NCBI GenBank assembly: GCA_965208675.1
Contig: OZ242351.1
Coordinates: 4,096,001 to 4,160,000, forward strand
Length of the DNA stretch: 64,000 nucleotides
Direction of reading: 5' to 3'
DNA from: Candidatus Poribacteria bacterium
Lineage (GTDB): Bacteria; Poribacteria; WGA-4E; PCPOR2b
The notes beneath the pieces were generated by a model, which was not told the DNA's origin, ran no database searches, and was given only the letters and a program-made list of their open reading frames with translations. The position numbers were made by a program, and so were the translations under genes. Below, piece by piece: positions 8,894 to 19,467 of the stretch (the stretch's first letter is position 1; the number at the start of each line of letters is the position of its first letter).

Positions 8894-11173
8894 ATGAAGA
8901 ATGACAATCGGGCAAATCGGTGGGTTCTGAATGGCATGGCATCCCTTATCCTCATACTTCTGCTACTTGCGCCTTTGTAGTTGATACTGCTCGACCAGCG
9001 GATAGGCATTGGATTACTGTTCAACATCGGAAACTGGTTTGGATTGCTAGTAATAGTCGTAACGATAGTTCTCTATGTGACGAGTTTTATCTTAGTACTC
9101 TGGAAAGGCCGTTTGCTGTTAGCGAGTATAACCTTGATGCTTACTGTGATTGCCTTGGGCATCTACATCCCGATGCTCCAAAAGAGCGGTGATTCGGGAC
9201 CGCGTCAGCTTGGAATTCGACTCGAATCAGGAGTTAAGGTGTATTGCAACGATGTATATTTGGGCGAAACGCTCCTTGAGATTTCGGATACAGAGTTTCA
9301 TCGCAAAGTGAAGCCGTGGAACACGCCGCCCCGTCAGAGGATAGTTATTGGGCAGGGGTTCCTTGAAGATATCAAAAATCATGGCGACGAAATAGCGGGC
9401 TCACAACTCCGGTGGTTCTATACGCCTTACAATTATTTCGACCAACCGGGGTTCTCTAACTACGACAATGCAGTTGCATCCGGTTACTGGTGGCGTTTCG
9501 AGAGAAATGGCTGTACGGGGTTTGCGTCAATTCAGAATATGGATTCGCGTTATTTTAGCGATGAACGACCTCTTAAAATCTGGGTCCGCCCACATTTACA
9601 GTATCCGTCCATTCAACCGCATCTGAGGCATCTGCTACACGATTTGAAACACTCAAATTACCGACCGTCCGTGGAATGGAGGGCGCATGTTGGCAGTTCC
9701 TCAAGGATGCTATTCGAACATATATATGATATAGGTTGCCGGGATTCACGGGTGATGCGGGCTCTTGAGATGGCGGTCAAAACGGGGTTTGGCATCCGCG
9801 AAGGAATGCCCGCTGAGGATTGGGACATGGTTTTGGACAAGGTAATGTCGCGAGTTAGAAATGATGCCGCATTTCACACACTATCACCAGAGACTATGGT
9901 GATGGACTTTATGAGAGCGCACAACATGGAACTCATTGAAACCAGTTTCCTTGAAGGTCTCCCTAAAATAATATTTTCACAGACTCCTCTTGGTTTTGAG
10001 GACACGTGGGTTGAATCGGTGAATGGGGGCGTAACACATCGGGTACAGTTGGAATTTAGGCTCTTGGAATACGCTGTGTTGAAAAGCTCCCCACCGGCAT
10101 TGTTCAAAAGACTCGTTTACGAATCTCGACGAGGCGAGCGGTTTCTAAACATGGTCGGTAGCTATTCTCACCTGGAAGCATTGCAGCTTGTCAGACAGTA
10201 CCTCAACAGCTTCGTTCACTCCAATCCAGTTGGTAACTTCATTAGTCCTTCGATGAAGAGCGTCTCTCGGTGGGGAGCCGTGAACCTTGTGACTGAGATG
10301 CGAAATTCGCCGTTAGAGCCAGAACTGCGCCGTTTTGTGCTTGAACAGGCGCAGGACGACCCGGAGACATCAGAGCACTATTTACGCAGTTTTATCAATG
10401 CGCGATTGGAGCGTCCCCTGACGGCGGTGGAGGCTGATTCACTCGCCGAGTGGATAGCTGAAACAGTACCTCTCCCTGAATTCGACAAATTTCAATTCTT
10501 AACACGCATAAATTCAAAACGCGTGTACCGTTATGTCCGGGACATAGCCCTGCGCCATCCGTCCTATCTACGTGATCTGGCGTATACTTTCATAACCTAC
10601 CCAAACCCCTCATTGGATCTCTTTCTCATTGAGGCATACCAAGCCGAGTCTGCGAACGTGAAATTCGGGGGATTTGCACCAATCACCACTCCCCAGAAAT
10701 ACCTCGGTAAACCACGCAACCTGAACAAGCTGATTCGAGGGATGCTGCTCATTGATACATCACGTATGCACGCCTTTTTGGAAGGAATGTGGAATTCCAA
10801 CGACGGCAACAAAATCTTGCTGCTTGAGGCGATAAAACAGGAGGCACCAAACCACTATCCTCATTTGTATCGATGGATAACGCCTATCTCGCAAATCGAG
10901 GATGCGGACACGCGCCTCGCTGCGATTTCGGTACTTGACCAAATCGACACGCCGGAATCGTCCGAAATTTTGAGGGATTGGGCGGTGGGTTCGGAGGAGG
11001 CGGTAAAGCGTGAGGCGGAACGGGCACTTGAAAATTACCGCGAGCGAAGCCGTCTGGCAAGGGAGCTTCTGGCGGGAAACGTCAAACCGGACGATCTGCT
11101 CACCGGTCAAACAGCGTATGTTTGGAATGGGGAGAAATATGTGCCGGAGGCGGCAACTTCGGGGAGTAGATGA
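8894..11173 (+). pseudogene. large membrane-anchored HEAT/PEGA-like protein, copy 2, with in-frame TAG at codon 29
   Basis: GGAGG RBS then ATG 8894 MKNDNRANRWVLN (matches the copy-1 N-terminus), TAG at 8978-8980, then the same frame continues as the 730-aa ORF 8981-11173. Confidence 0.7.
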
Positions 11174-11271
11174 GCGTTGCCTGAATCAAAGATTGAGTGT
11201 ATACCGCAAAGAACGCGATTCGGATTCATCCATGACTTTCACAGGTGTCGCAATATCCCGGTACAGCATCT

Positions 11272-11304
11272 AGAAACCGAAATTTTGGCAAAAACTCGGT
11301 TTCT
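11272..11304. repeat. palindromic REP-like hairpin between convergent genes (possible bidirectional terminator)
   Basis: AGAAACCGA-N15-TCGGTTTCT inverted repeat. Confidence 0.5.
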
Positions 11305-11328
11305 TGCCGCCATGACTGATAACTGCTC

Positions 11329-12405
11329 TCAACGACATTGCGGGTTTACAACAGCGGCTTCGTCAACTGAGATGCGGCGCGAGGCAGAATTGATACGAAC
11401 CTGTAATCCGTAAGGTATAACAAACACGGGGTCGGTATGTCCAAAGTCCATATTGGTGACAATTGGCAAATCGCTTAACCCATGTTCTACTCTGACTGTA
11501 TTGCAAAGCGCGTCGTCGTAGCTTTGAAATGTCTCTGGTGGAATCTGTCCACCGGGTCTTCCGAATAAGATACCGCCGAGCCTTTCAAGAACGCCCATCG
11601 CCGCAAGAGATCGAATAAACTCAGTAATTCGTGATGGCGGCGGCGCTTCTTCGGAGGTTTCGAGGAAAAGAACTGCGCCGTTAAGCGATTCTAACGGCGG
11701 CCAATATGGCGAGCCGCGAAGCCAGTCCAAGACTTCAAGGCACCCACCAAATAACCTCCCATTGACCTCACCGTAATCTTGATGAAATACCCAACCTGTG
11801 GGTGGATTCAGTTTTCGTTTTATCGACTGATTTTCCGGGTCAGACCAGTCCAAATGCTCGACAGTCCATTCCGTCTGGTTCGGTTCGATAAGCCCAATCG
11901 GCTGAGCGGAGAATAGCGTCTTGCGGATAGAATCAATGGTATAAGGAAACATCCCCCCATTTTCGGCGAATCCAGTCATTAACGCGGGGCCGTAGAATGA
12001 AACAAGCCCCGCCTTAAAACAGGCAGCGTGCGATATGGTTGTGTCCGAAAAGCCCATAAATATCTTTGGATTATCCCGAATGATGCCCAAATCCAAGTGT
12101 GGAAGGATGCGGATAGAATCTTCTCCGCCGATAGTAGAGAAGATTCCGTCAATTGAATCATCGGCGAAGGCAGCCGTCAAATCGTCTGCGCGCGCTTTTG
12201 GATTCTTGGAAAGCCAGTCCGGGTAGCGCAACGCGTGCTCGGTTTCGATAACGGTTACGCCAAATTCTTCCTCGAATTGCCGTTTCCCCATTTCATAGCG
12301 GTATCGGAATAATCCCGGCCCGCCCCAAGACAGTGAAATTCCGGCAACGCGACTGCCATGACGCAGCATTTGGGGCTTAATCATATCCATTACTTTTTTA
12401 ACCAA
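11329..12405 (-). CDS. S66 family peptidase (LD-carboxypeptidase/MccF-like)
   Basis: IGGEDSIR, KIFMGFSDTT (catalytic Ser), LFLETSEE, DFGHTDP (catalytic His). Confidence 0.9.
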   Translation of the reverse strand: MVKKVMDMIKPQMLRHGSRVAGISLSWGGPGLFRYRYEMGKRQFEEEFGVTVIETEHALRYPDWLSKNPKARADDLTAAFADDSIDGIFSTIGGEDSIRILPHLDLGIIRDNPKIFMGFSDTTISHAACFKAGLVSFYGPALMTGFAENGGMFPYTIDSIRKTLFSAQPIGLIEPNQTEWTVEHLDWSDPENQSIKRKLNPPTGWVFHQDYGEVNGRLFGGCLEVLDWLRGSPYWPPLESLNGAVLFLETSEEAPPPSRITEFIRSLAAMGVLERLGGILFGRPGGQIPPETFQSYDDALCNTVRVEHGLSDLPIVTNMDFGHTDPVFVIPYGLQVRINSASRRISVDEAAVVNPQCR

Positions 12406-12460
12406 CCATTAGACGAAATTCCCCATCGAGTTCCGAAACTGGCGTGGGCATGTCTGCTTT

Positions 12461-13117
12461 TCACGATTTTTCCCCCTCTCTTTTCCACTCTATCTTACTG
12501 TTGCACTTCGGGCACTGTCCGGTTCTTGCGCGTCGACTCAAGCGCAACCGCTTCCATTTTTGACCGCACTCACACTTCCCGCGCCATCGCGGCGGAGTGT
12601 GATCGACTTGGTGGCACCGTTTGGCTGTACATCCAATCCGCCGTGCCGCTGTTTTCCATGTATCATCGTGTCCGTGATTCGGTCCAACAATGGCATGTGC
12701 GATTTCGTGTAGAATCGTATCGACAATGCCTTCCTTTGGTGCTTTCAGGCAGAACGTGACCGAGAGCGTTATCTGCTTTGTCCTGTGGCGGCATATACCG
12801 CCGCGTGCAGGCGCGAGGTCAAATGCAAACTGCCATCCCGAGTTGAGACCGCTTTTGACTTCGTGTTCGCGGATAAGGCGCACACCCAAGGTTTCAATTT
12901 CGTGTAGCGTCATTCCAGAAATTTTTGTAGGTTTTTTAACCGTTAAGGCGTTGTATGGCACGTTCCACAGCGTTCCGTGCCGCGTTGCCACCCGTGCCTG
13001 GCGGCGTAACAGTATTTGTACGGTGCCTTGCAGAGTGTGCGTCTTATTCGTAAATGACACGATTGTCCCCGGCGGAAATTTCGCTCCCGCAAAGTCAGCT
13101 GTCACTATGCTCGTCAA
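12461..13117 (-). CDS. SprT-like zinc metalloprotease domain protein
   Basis: TILHEIAHA (HExxH), HGHDDTWK, and a C-terminal CxC...CxxC zinc ribbon. Confidence 0.85.
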   Translation of the reverse strand: MTSIVTADFAGAKFPPGTIVSFTNKTHTLQGTVQILLRRQARVATRHGTLWNVPYNALTVKKPTKISGMTLHEIETLGVRLIREHEVKSGLNSGWQFAFDLAPARGGICRHRTKQITLSVTFCLKAPKEGIVDTILHEIAHAIVGPNHGHDDTWKTAARRIGCTAKRCHQVDHTPPRWRGKCECGQKWKRLRLSRRARTGQCPKCNSKIEWKREGEKS

Positions 13118-13136
13118 TCCTTTGCTCCTTGTCGCG

Positions 13137-15983
13137 CTATTTCACGATAACCATTCTCCGAGGCGGCGTTGGTTCCGGGGTGATTAACCGGTAGAAATAA
13201 GTACCTGAAGCCAACCGCTCGCCAAAATCGTTGCGGCCATCCCAGTAGGCGGCACGTGACTGTCCAATGTAATATCCCGCGCTCTTAAATCCAAGGTCAA
13301 GGTGCCGAACGAGATGCCCTGTCGGGGTGTAGATATGAATTGCGGCATCAGCATCGTTCGCCAGCTGGTACGGCATCCACGTTTCCGGATTGAACGGGTT
13401 CGGGTAATTGGCGAGCAGCGCGGTATGCCTCGGCATGATATCGTCTGGTGTCAGTTGTAATTCTGCGAACGCTCGCCGTATAGCCGCGGCGTCAATTTCG
13501 TGCTGAAACGTGCGAATTAGCCCGTCATTTGCGTCAAATACTTCGACCGTCATCCTATCGCCGACGGCAGCCACAGCGCGGAGGTTCATGTCTGCCCAGA
13601 CGGCGTGTGGTTGGTTCACGTCAACCAATTGGGTGACGCCGGTGCGTCCGTTATGAACGGCGAGTGACAAAACTTCGACCCCTTCGAACCGGGCGTGAAA
13701 AACAAACGCCCACACGCCGGCAGTCTGAGCCGGCGTCGGCGCGGCTGCGGCCATTGCCTGAGAGTTTTCCCAGGCGCGGCCGGTGAAGCTAAAAATCTTC
13801 GAGTTGTTAACATTGACAATGTAACCTTTCCCACCCTCAATGGGGAAGCCGACGCCGGAGGAATTTGCGGTGAATCCGATGAACCCTCTAACAGATGGAT
13901 TGTACTCAATGACGATTGTCGCGTCGAGTTTTTCCATGAAGGAACGTGCTGTGTAAGGTTTATCGGGCATCAAGGGTAAACTAATCATGTTCAAACCCGC
14001 GCTGAGGTGTGTGTCGAATGTGGCGGCGGTTGGCGGTGTTAAAATCAGGCTGTCCGTCCGAAATGCGAGATTCTGAATGCGTTCATCACTTTCAACACCA
14101 ACATCGGTAATTGAAAACGGTGTTTCCGAGAAGTTCGCCGCAAGGTATTCTGCGAGCGCATCCTGCTCCGTACCGGGTGCGGCAAAGGACGCTTGTCCAC
14201 CTGACTGTTCTTCCGTCATCACCGCGGGAAGGTCTACACGACTCGTATTTGGAAAATTCGGAAAGGGATAGTCGTCGCCGCCACTCGCAAGGAAATTGAG
14301 TGTGACGATGCGGAAGGATTGCTCGGTATCGACGACCAACTCACCATATTGTGCAACGATGTCTGTGGGGTTCCCATTGGCATCGGTGAGCACGAGCGAC
14401 CTGACTCTTGAACCTGCTGGTTGCGATACGTCAAAACTGAAGGCGAGTCCAGCGATTTGGGCGAATTGCCCGGGCGTCGAACCCGGCTGGGACCGAGCGA
14501 CAGCGTGTTCGATAACCGTTAGCAGTTGCCCTGCCGTGAGTGTTAATAGACTCAATTCGTTGTTGAAGCGGAGTGTATTTTCGATATCAATCTGCGAAAT
14601 CTGACCGGCAGCTTTCCCGACTAACGGGTTCCCCGGCGGCGGCAGTGTAACGCCGCCTACGGCGACGCCGATAGGCGCTCGGATGCCTCCGCCGTTTTTC
14701 AGTGAGACAACCACCGTGGGGTCAACCTGCCGTGCCGCGTACAAGTTGGCGTCAGCGCTTAAGTTGCCGAGATTCGTTTCTTCAGTGCGAACAGAAGCGC
14801 GGTTCCCATTCAGATAAACGCTCGTTTGTCCAAAAATGTTGCCATCCTTTTCGACAACCACCTTTCGGATGGCTTCGATGATTTCAACGACGTGCGGGTT
14901 TGGTTCGGCGTCACCGGTATCCACGACACCACGTTCGTCCGCAGCGAAGGCGCCGCTTACCTCAACGTCAATTGTGTTTGGTAACAGTAGGCCCGCCTCG
15001 TCAAAACCGACAACTAACCGGCCGACGTACCTATAATTGCCGTCTGTGCCGACAATTGCGACCGGTTGATTTGCTGCGGAACTGGTCAGAATCGGATAGG
15101 CGCCGCCGTGGACATCGCCGTCGCGCAGCCGATCTGTATCATCTGCCAGAAGTGTGTTAGAACCGCCAGCGATGATGATGTCAACATCGCGCAGCTGGGC
15201 TGCCATCATCTCATCAAGGCGAATTTGCTGAAGATGGCTAGCGATAATGACCTTGTTTATTCCGGTTTCCGTTAACTCATCAACGGATTCTTGGACGATT
15301 GCCGCCAATGCCGCAACATTATCCGGATCTTCAGGTGAAATCCCGACGTTTCCCGGTGAAGAAATGCTGCCGATCCGTGGCGTAGTTACACCCACAACGC
15401 CAACCCTTTCGCCCGAATGCGTCGTGATAATTGCACTTTTACTGATACTGTTCGGAATAGTGTGTGCCTCCTGCCCGGCATCAACAACAAGATTGGCAAG
15501 GTTGCTATCAAGACCGAAATCCAAGTTCGCGCTCAGAATTGGGAATGCGGTGCCGACGTATCCCCTGCCATCGTTCCGAATCAATCCTGCCAGTGCGCCG
15601 GTGCCCGCATCAAATTCGTGGTTGCCGATGCCTGATGCCATAAAGCCCATGGCATTGAGAATTAAAATATCCGCGCGTCCCGATCCTTCACGTCCCAAAA
15701 CATTGCGAAGGCTTCGATCGTTGCCTGCTGCGAAAAACGGTCCGGGGATGTAGCTATCGCCCGCTCCGATAATAACAGTGTTTTCAAACTCGGCGCTGAG
15801 TGCGTTGAGCACTGATGAAAACCGAGGGGCATTGTCGAGCGCTTCAATGCCGCCTTCCATGTCTGCCGCGTGAAGTAGTTGAAGTGTGAAGTTTTGAGAG
15901 AAGGCAGGCCTGAAGATGCCTAGAATTAAAATAATAAGAACAATGAATACAGATAGTGAAAAGAGGCGTCTCTTGCTACACAT
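13137..15983 (-). CDS. secreted bifunctional metallophosphatase/5'-nucleotidase with C-terminal FlgD-Ig/T9SS-like domain
   Basis: Signal peptide; LQLLHAADMEG, GD, GNHEFD; ETNLGNLSADA and NGGGIRA (5'-nucleotidase C-domain); C-terminal NYPNPFNPETWMPYQL...WDGRNDFGERLASGTYFY. Confidence 0.9.
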   Translation of the reverse strand: MCSKRRLFSLSVFIVLIILILGIFRPAFSQNFTLQLLHAADMEGGIEALDNAPRFSSVLNALSAEFENTVIIGAGDSYIPGPFFAAGNDRSLRNVLGREGSGRADILILNAMGFMASGIGNHEFDAGTGALAGLIRNDGRGYVGTAFPILSANLDFGLDSNLANLVVDAGQEAHTIPNSISKSAIITTHSGERVGVVGVTTPRIGSISSPGNVGISPEDPDNVAALAAIVQESVDELTETGINKVIIASHLQQIRLDEMMAAQLRDVDIIIAGGSNTLLADDTDRLRDGDVHGGAYPILTSSAANQPVAIVGTDGNYRYVGRLVVGFDEAGLLLPNTIDVEVSGAFAADERGVVDTGDAEPNPHVVEIIEAIRKVVVEKDGNIFGQTSVYLNGNRASVRTEETNLGNLSADANLYAARQVDPTVVVSLKNGGGIRAPIGVAVGGVTLPPPGNPLVGKAAGQISQIDIENTLRFNNELSLLTLTAGQLLTVIEHAVARSQPGSTPGQFAQIAGLAFSFDVSQPAGSRVRSLVLTDANGNPTDIVAQYGELVVDTEQSFRIVTLNFLASGGDDYPFPNFPNTSRVDLPAVMTEEQSGGQASFAAPGTEQDALAEYLAANFSETPFSITDVGVESDERIQNLAFRTDSLILTPPTAATFDTHLSAGLNMISLPLMPDKPYTARSFMEKLDATIVIEYNPSVRGFIGFTANSSGVGFPIEGGKGYIVNVNNSKIFSFTGRAWENSQAMAAAAPTPAQTAGVWAFVFHARFEGVEVLSLAVHNGRTGVTQLVDVNQPHAVWADMNLRAVAAVGDRMTVEVFDANDGLIRTFQHEIDAAAIRRAFAELQLTPDDIMPRHTALLANYPNPFNPETWMPYQLANDADAAIHIYTPTGHLVRHLDLGFKSAGYYIGQSRAAYWDGRNDFGERLASGTYFYRLITPEPTPPRRMVIVK

Positions 15984-16471
15984 TAATGATTCTTCCTTTA
16001 GTCATGTTGAATTAATTGTAACCTAAAATTTCGCACAGATGTAGATAAAGTTAAGTTTAAACGCGGCGTTTTCGCAAATCACGTCCATATCCTCGTAACT
16101 GTGAAAGAAATCGGAATTGTAGGAGTGCCTCAACACTGAAAATTATAACCCAAGCATTTTACATGGTGTTGTCGAATTCTAGATTTTTTTACCCAAGAAG
16201 TAATAAAAAAGAACGCCGTTCCCATCAAATTGCCCATTCGACGTTAATTTACCGCCGACAGGGGCTCAAAAAAATTGACCGGAAGGCGTTCAACATTGCT
16301 TCAATTCGTCTTCTACTAAGTGAGTTTTAAAATTTCCGTAAGATGGGTAATTAAGAGAGAATCCTGCATGATGTATTGTAGATTCGCTTATTTCACTTAA
16401 TGGATATTCGCGCGAATCTGATGATTTGAAAGGAAGTGCCGTGGAAGCGTATCGGAGTCTGATTTGGTAAG

Positions 16472-19252
16472 TTAATTTCCATCAGGTTTATCCAGCGCGA
16501 TTCGATGCACACCGCCCTCGCCAATGCCGACGTATAGCGCCGAGCCTGCAACCGCCAGCGTAGTCATATACGTGCTATACGGAGGAAACGGTTTAACAAA
16601 CACCCATGAATCCTGACCGGCGTTTGGCCGAAAAATGCCTTTTGACCCTGTTGCATAGAGTGTGTTGCCAACCAAGTGGAGATCCCAAGAATATGACCCC
16701 GGCAACCCGTGGTTGAAAGATTTCCACGTCGCACCGTGGTCTGCAGACCGTAAAACTCCCGACTCAGAATCTATGATGTAAGTAGATTTTCCCAAAACGA
16801 CTATGCTTTTAATTTCACGACTGTACACATCGCCCCGTGGGAAAGCCTCGATTTTCGACCATGTCTTGCCCTTATCATCTGACCGCATGAATTTTCCCTC
16901 GTGATAAACATAGACGTTTTCTCCTGACACTGCAAATCCGCGATCGGTTAAATTAACATAATCATCGGAGACCAACCCTATATCGGGACTGATATGCGTC
17001 CAATGCTGCTCTCCTATCTGCCATCGAAAAAGGAGGTAGTTCATTCCCGCCCCCAAAAATGCGTAGAAGGTATCATCTGAAACTTCAAGCTTGGCAACAT
17101 CGTAAATACTGTAATACTTTTTGCGCTGATTGTCTTCTATGAAAGGTGCGCGTATCGCTGTTTGCACCGGAATCCATAGATCCCGGTTATCAGCCAAACG
17201 ATATAAACTTGTGTCAATAAAGTTATCTTCACAGACTGCGAGGTAAAGTTTGCCGCCAGAAACGGCGAGCGCCCCGACATGTCCCGCAGGCAATCCCCGA
17301 TGAATTGGAGTCCATCGGTTGCCGCCGTCTACGGATTTGAAAATTCCGTCGCGAATGTGGGTCGAGGCATAGAGTGCGTTCTCAAAATATACGAGACTAT
17401 CCACCGTCGTACCGATCAGCCCGTCATTGATTGGCGTCCACGATGTTCCGCTGCCCGCCCAGCGAAATACCCCAGCGATGTTGTAGATACAAACCTCGTG
17501 TTTTGACAGTGCGACGATGTTGCCAGGGGAAATGTAGTAATTGTTCAATCCGGACGTTTCGACTGTCACCCACGACCGCCCATTATCCGTAGAACGCAGT
17601 AACTTGCCGTCGTTGAGCAAAACGTAAACTGAGTCTCTGAACGCCGTGACGCCTACGATTATGGAATCTTGGTTCGCCAATTCCCGTATCATCGGGGTCC
17701 AAGTTTCGCCTTCGTCCGTGGAACGGCGCAGATCGGTATTGTTTCCGATGACCAAGGCTTTAGGTTCAGCGACGAGAAAGCGGAATTCTGGAAGATTGGC
17801 GATTTTCGTCCACGACGTTTCATCCGTTTTTAGCCGAAAGAGGTCGTCGCCCACCTTCGCGAAGAGGGTAATTCCAACTGCCATAAGTTTGTCGGGCGGT
17901 TCCACCGGTAAACCGTCTCGAATGGCCGTCCAGGATTCGCCGTAATCATCCGAGTATGCGACGCCATCTTTTTCACGACTGATGTAGATTCGCGATCCAA
18001 TGACGCTGAACGCGCCGATTGCGATGTCATTCTTGTATCTAGGATAACTGCCCCATTGCCAGGATTCCCCTTGATTGTTTGAATAACAGAATCCCATAGA
18101 CCCGCTGGCGTATAGCAAGCCGTTTGCCTCTGTAATGCTGCTCGGATTAATAGGAGTACCTACGTTAGAACGGGTATCCACCTCGTTGTAGATTCGCGCC
18201 CATGAATCGCCGTTGTTACGCGAGCGAAAGATGGACGGCCCTACGATTGTGTAGAGTGTGCCATCAAACCCTCGAAATAGAATCTTGATTCTACCTCCGT
18301 ATGGACCGTTTGTCTGCGTCCAATCGGTGTCATTGCGCCCTATACCTGCTTCGGCAATCGTCGCTGTCGAGAAGGAGGTTCCATTCGATTGATTGCCTTT
18401 CATGCCGTCTCGCGGATTCAGATTGCCCGGTCGATTGACAAGCGCAGGGTTCGTTTTCTGTAGATGGATTATCGGCGCGTCAATAAGTTCGACCATTTGT
18501 GCCGGTTCAGGTGCGTCAAAGCTGTACGGTTCCTGAAACCGCATCATTGATCGCTGCCCCAATCCAATGCATAGCGCAACGACAAGCATTGCTGTCGCAG
18601 CAATCCACGGCAGAATTGGTTTGCCTTCTGGTGACGTTGTTGGGGATTTACGGGGCATTCGATTCATCATCTGTTGCGTGAATGTAGGCGGCAACTGGAA
18701 TGCGCCCAGTGTATGCTCCATCATCGGTATCATCTCCTTCTTTAACTGTAATCGGGCGCGATAGAGCCGATCGAGCACCGCACCGCGCGACGTGCCGATG
18801 AACCGCGCAATCTCCTCGCACGTCATCCCGCCGAGATAGTGCAGCGTCAAGACCGTGCGTTGGCTCTCCGGCAGGGCTTCCAACCCGTCACGTACCGATT
18901 GTCGGGTTTGCTGGTCAGTGTGCTTCACCCACGCCAAGGCATCCATGTGACCGCTCTCAACTTTATCGAGCGGTTGCGGTACCACCCGCCGTTTTCGATG
19001 CCACATCAAGCAGAATCGGTGCGCTATTCTGTAGAGCCAGCCGGGGAAATGCCGCCAATCCTTGAGCGTGTGGAGTTTTTGGTAAGCTCGGAGGAATGTG
19101 TCCTGCGTAATGTCTTCTGCGGTGTGGAAGTTCCCGGTTTTTCGGTAGGCGAGGGCGTGGACTGCGCCTTTATATTTATCGACCAGGAACCCGAACGCAG
19201 TATCATCGCCATCCAAAGTGCGTTGGATGAGTTCGGCATCGCTGTTAGCCAT
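16472..19252 (-). CDS. ECF sigma factor fused via a TM helix to an Asp-box (BNR) beta-propeller
   Basis: Sigma region 2 (AEDITQDTFLRAY...GWLYRIA), region 4 (LPESQRTVLTLHYLGGMTCEEIA), TM ILPWIAATAMLVVALCIGLG, and eight SxDxGxxW-like repeats; ATG 19252 is 6 nt after GGGAGGG. Confidence 0.9.
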   Translation of the reverse strand: MANSDAELIQRTLDGDDTAFGFLVDKYKGAVHALAYRKTGNFHTAEDITQDTFLRAYQKLHTLKDWRHFPGWLYRIAHRFCLMWHRKRRVVPQPLDKVESGHMDALAWVKHTDQQTRQSVRDGLEALPESQRTVLTLHYLGGMTCEEIARFIGTSRGAVLDRLYRARLQLKKEMIPMMEHTLGAFQLPPTFTQQMMNRMPRKSPTTSPEGKPILPWIAATAMLVVALCIGLGQRSMMRFQEPYSFDAPEPAQMVELIDAPIIHLQKTNPALVNRPGNLNPRDGMKGNQSNGTSFSTATIAEAGIGRNDTDWTQTNGPYGGRIKILFRGFDGTLYTIVGPSIFRSRNNGDSWARIYNEVDTRSNVGTPINPSSITEANGLLYASGSMGFCYSNNQGESWQWGSYPRYKNDIAIGAFSVIGSRIYISREKDGVAYSDDYGESWTAIRDGLPVEPPDKLMAVGITLFAKVGDDLFRLKTDETSWTKIANLPEFRFLVAEPKALVIGNNTDLRRSTDEGETWTPMIRELANQDSIIVGVTAFRDSVYVLLNDGKLLRSTDNGRSWVTVETSGLNNYYISPGNIVALSKHEVCIYNIAGVFRWAGSGTSWTPINDGLIGTTVDSLVYFENALYASTHIRDGIFKSVDGGNRWTPIHRGLPAGHVGALAVSGGKLYLAVCEDNFIDTSLYRLADNRDLWIPVQTAIRAPFIEDNQRKKYYSIYDVAKLEVSDDTFYAFLGAGMNYLLFRWQIGEQHWTHISPDIGLVSDDYVNLTDRGFAVSGENVYVYHEGKFMRSDDKGKTWSKIEAFPRGDVYSREIKSIVVLGKSTYIIDSESGVLRSADHGATWKSFNHGLPGSYSWDLHLVGNTLYATGSKGIFRPNAGQDSWVFVKPFPPYSTYMTTLAVAGSALYVGIGEGGVHRIALDKPDGN

Positions 19253-19467
19253 ATTCATCCCTCCCGATGTTGTGCGGCTTAATGCGGCAATGACATCAGC
19301 CTCATTGCCTTCTACTATATTATGATGCACGTTGAGGGGAAGAGATCAGATGCTGACGTAATTATTTTGGAATAAGCGGTGGGAGAAATTGTAACGCCGT
19401 CAGCTAGATTAGGGACAGTGCGCCATGCATTGATTGTCAGGATATTCGTTTCACATCAATGGAAAGT

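Noticed and set aside
8978-8980. Amber recoding (pyrrolysine or alternative code)
   Set aside because: TAG serves as a normal stop for many genes here (e.g. 8874, 28205, 29625), and no pyl genes are seen.
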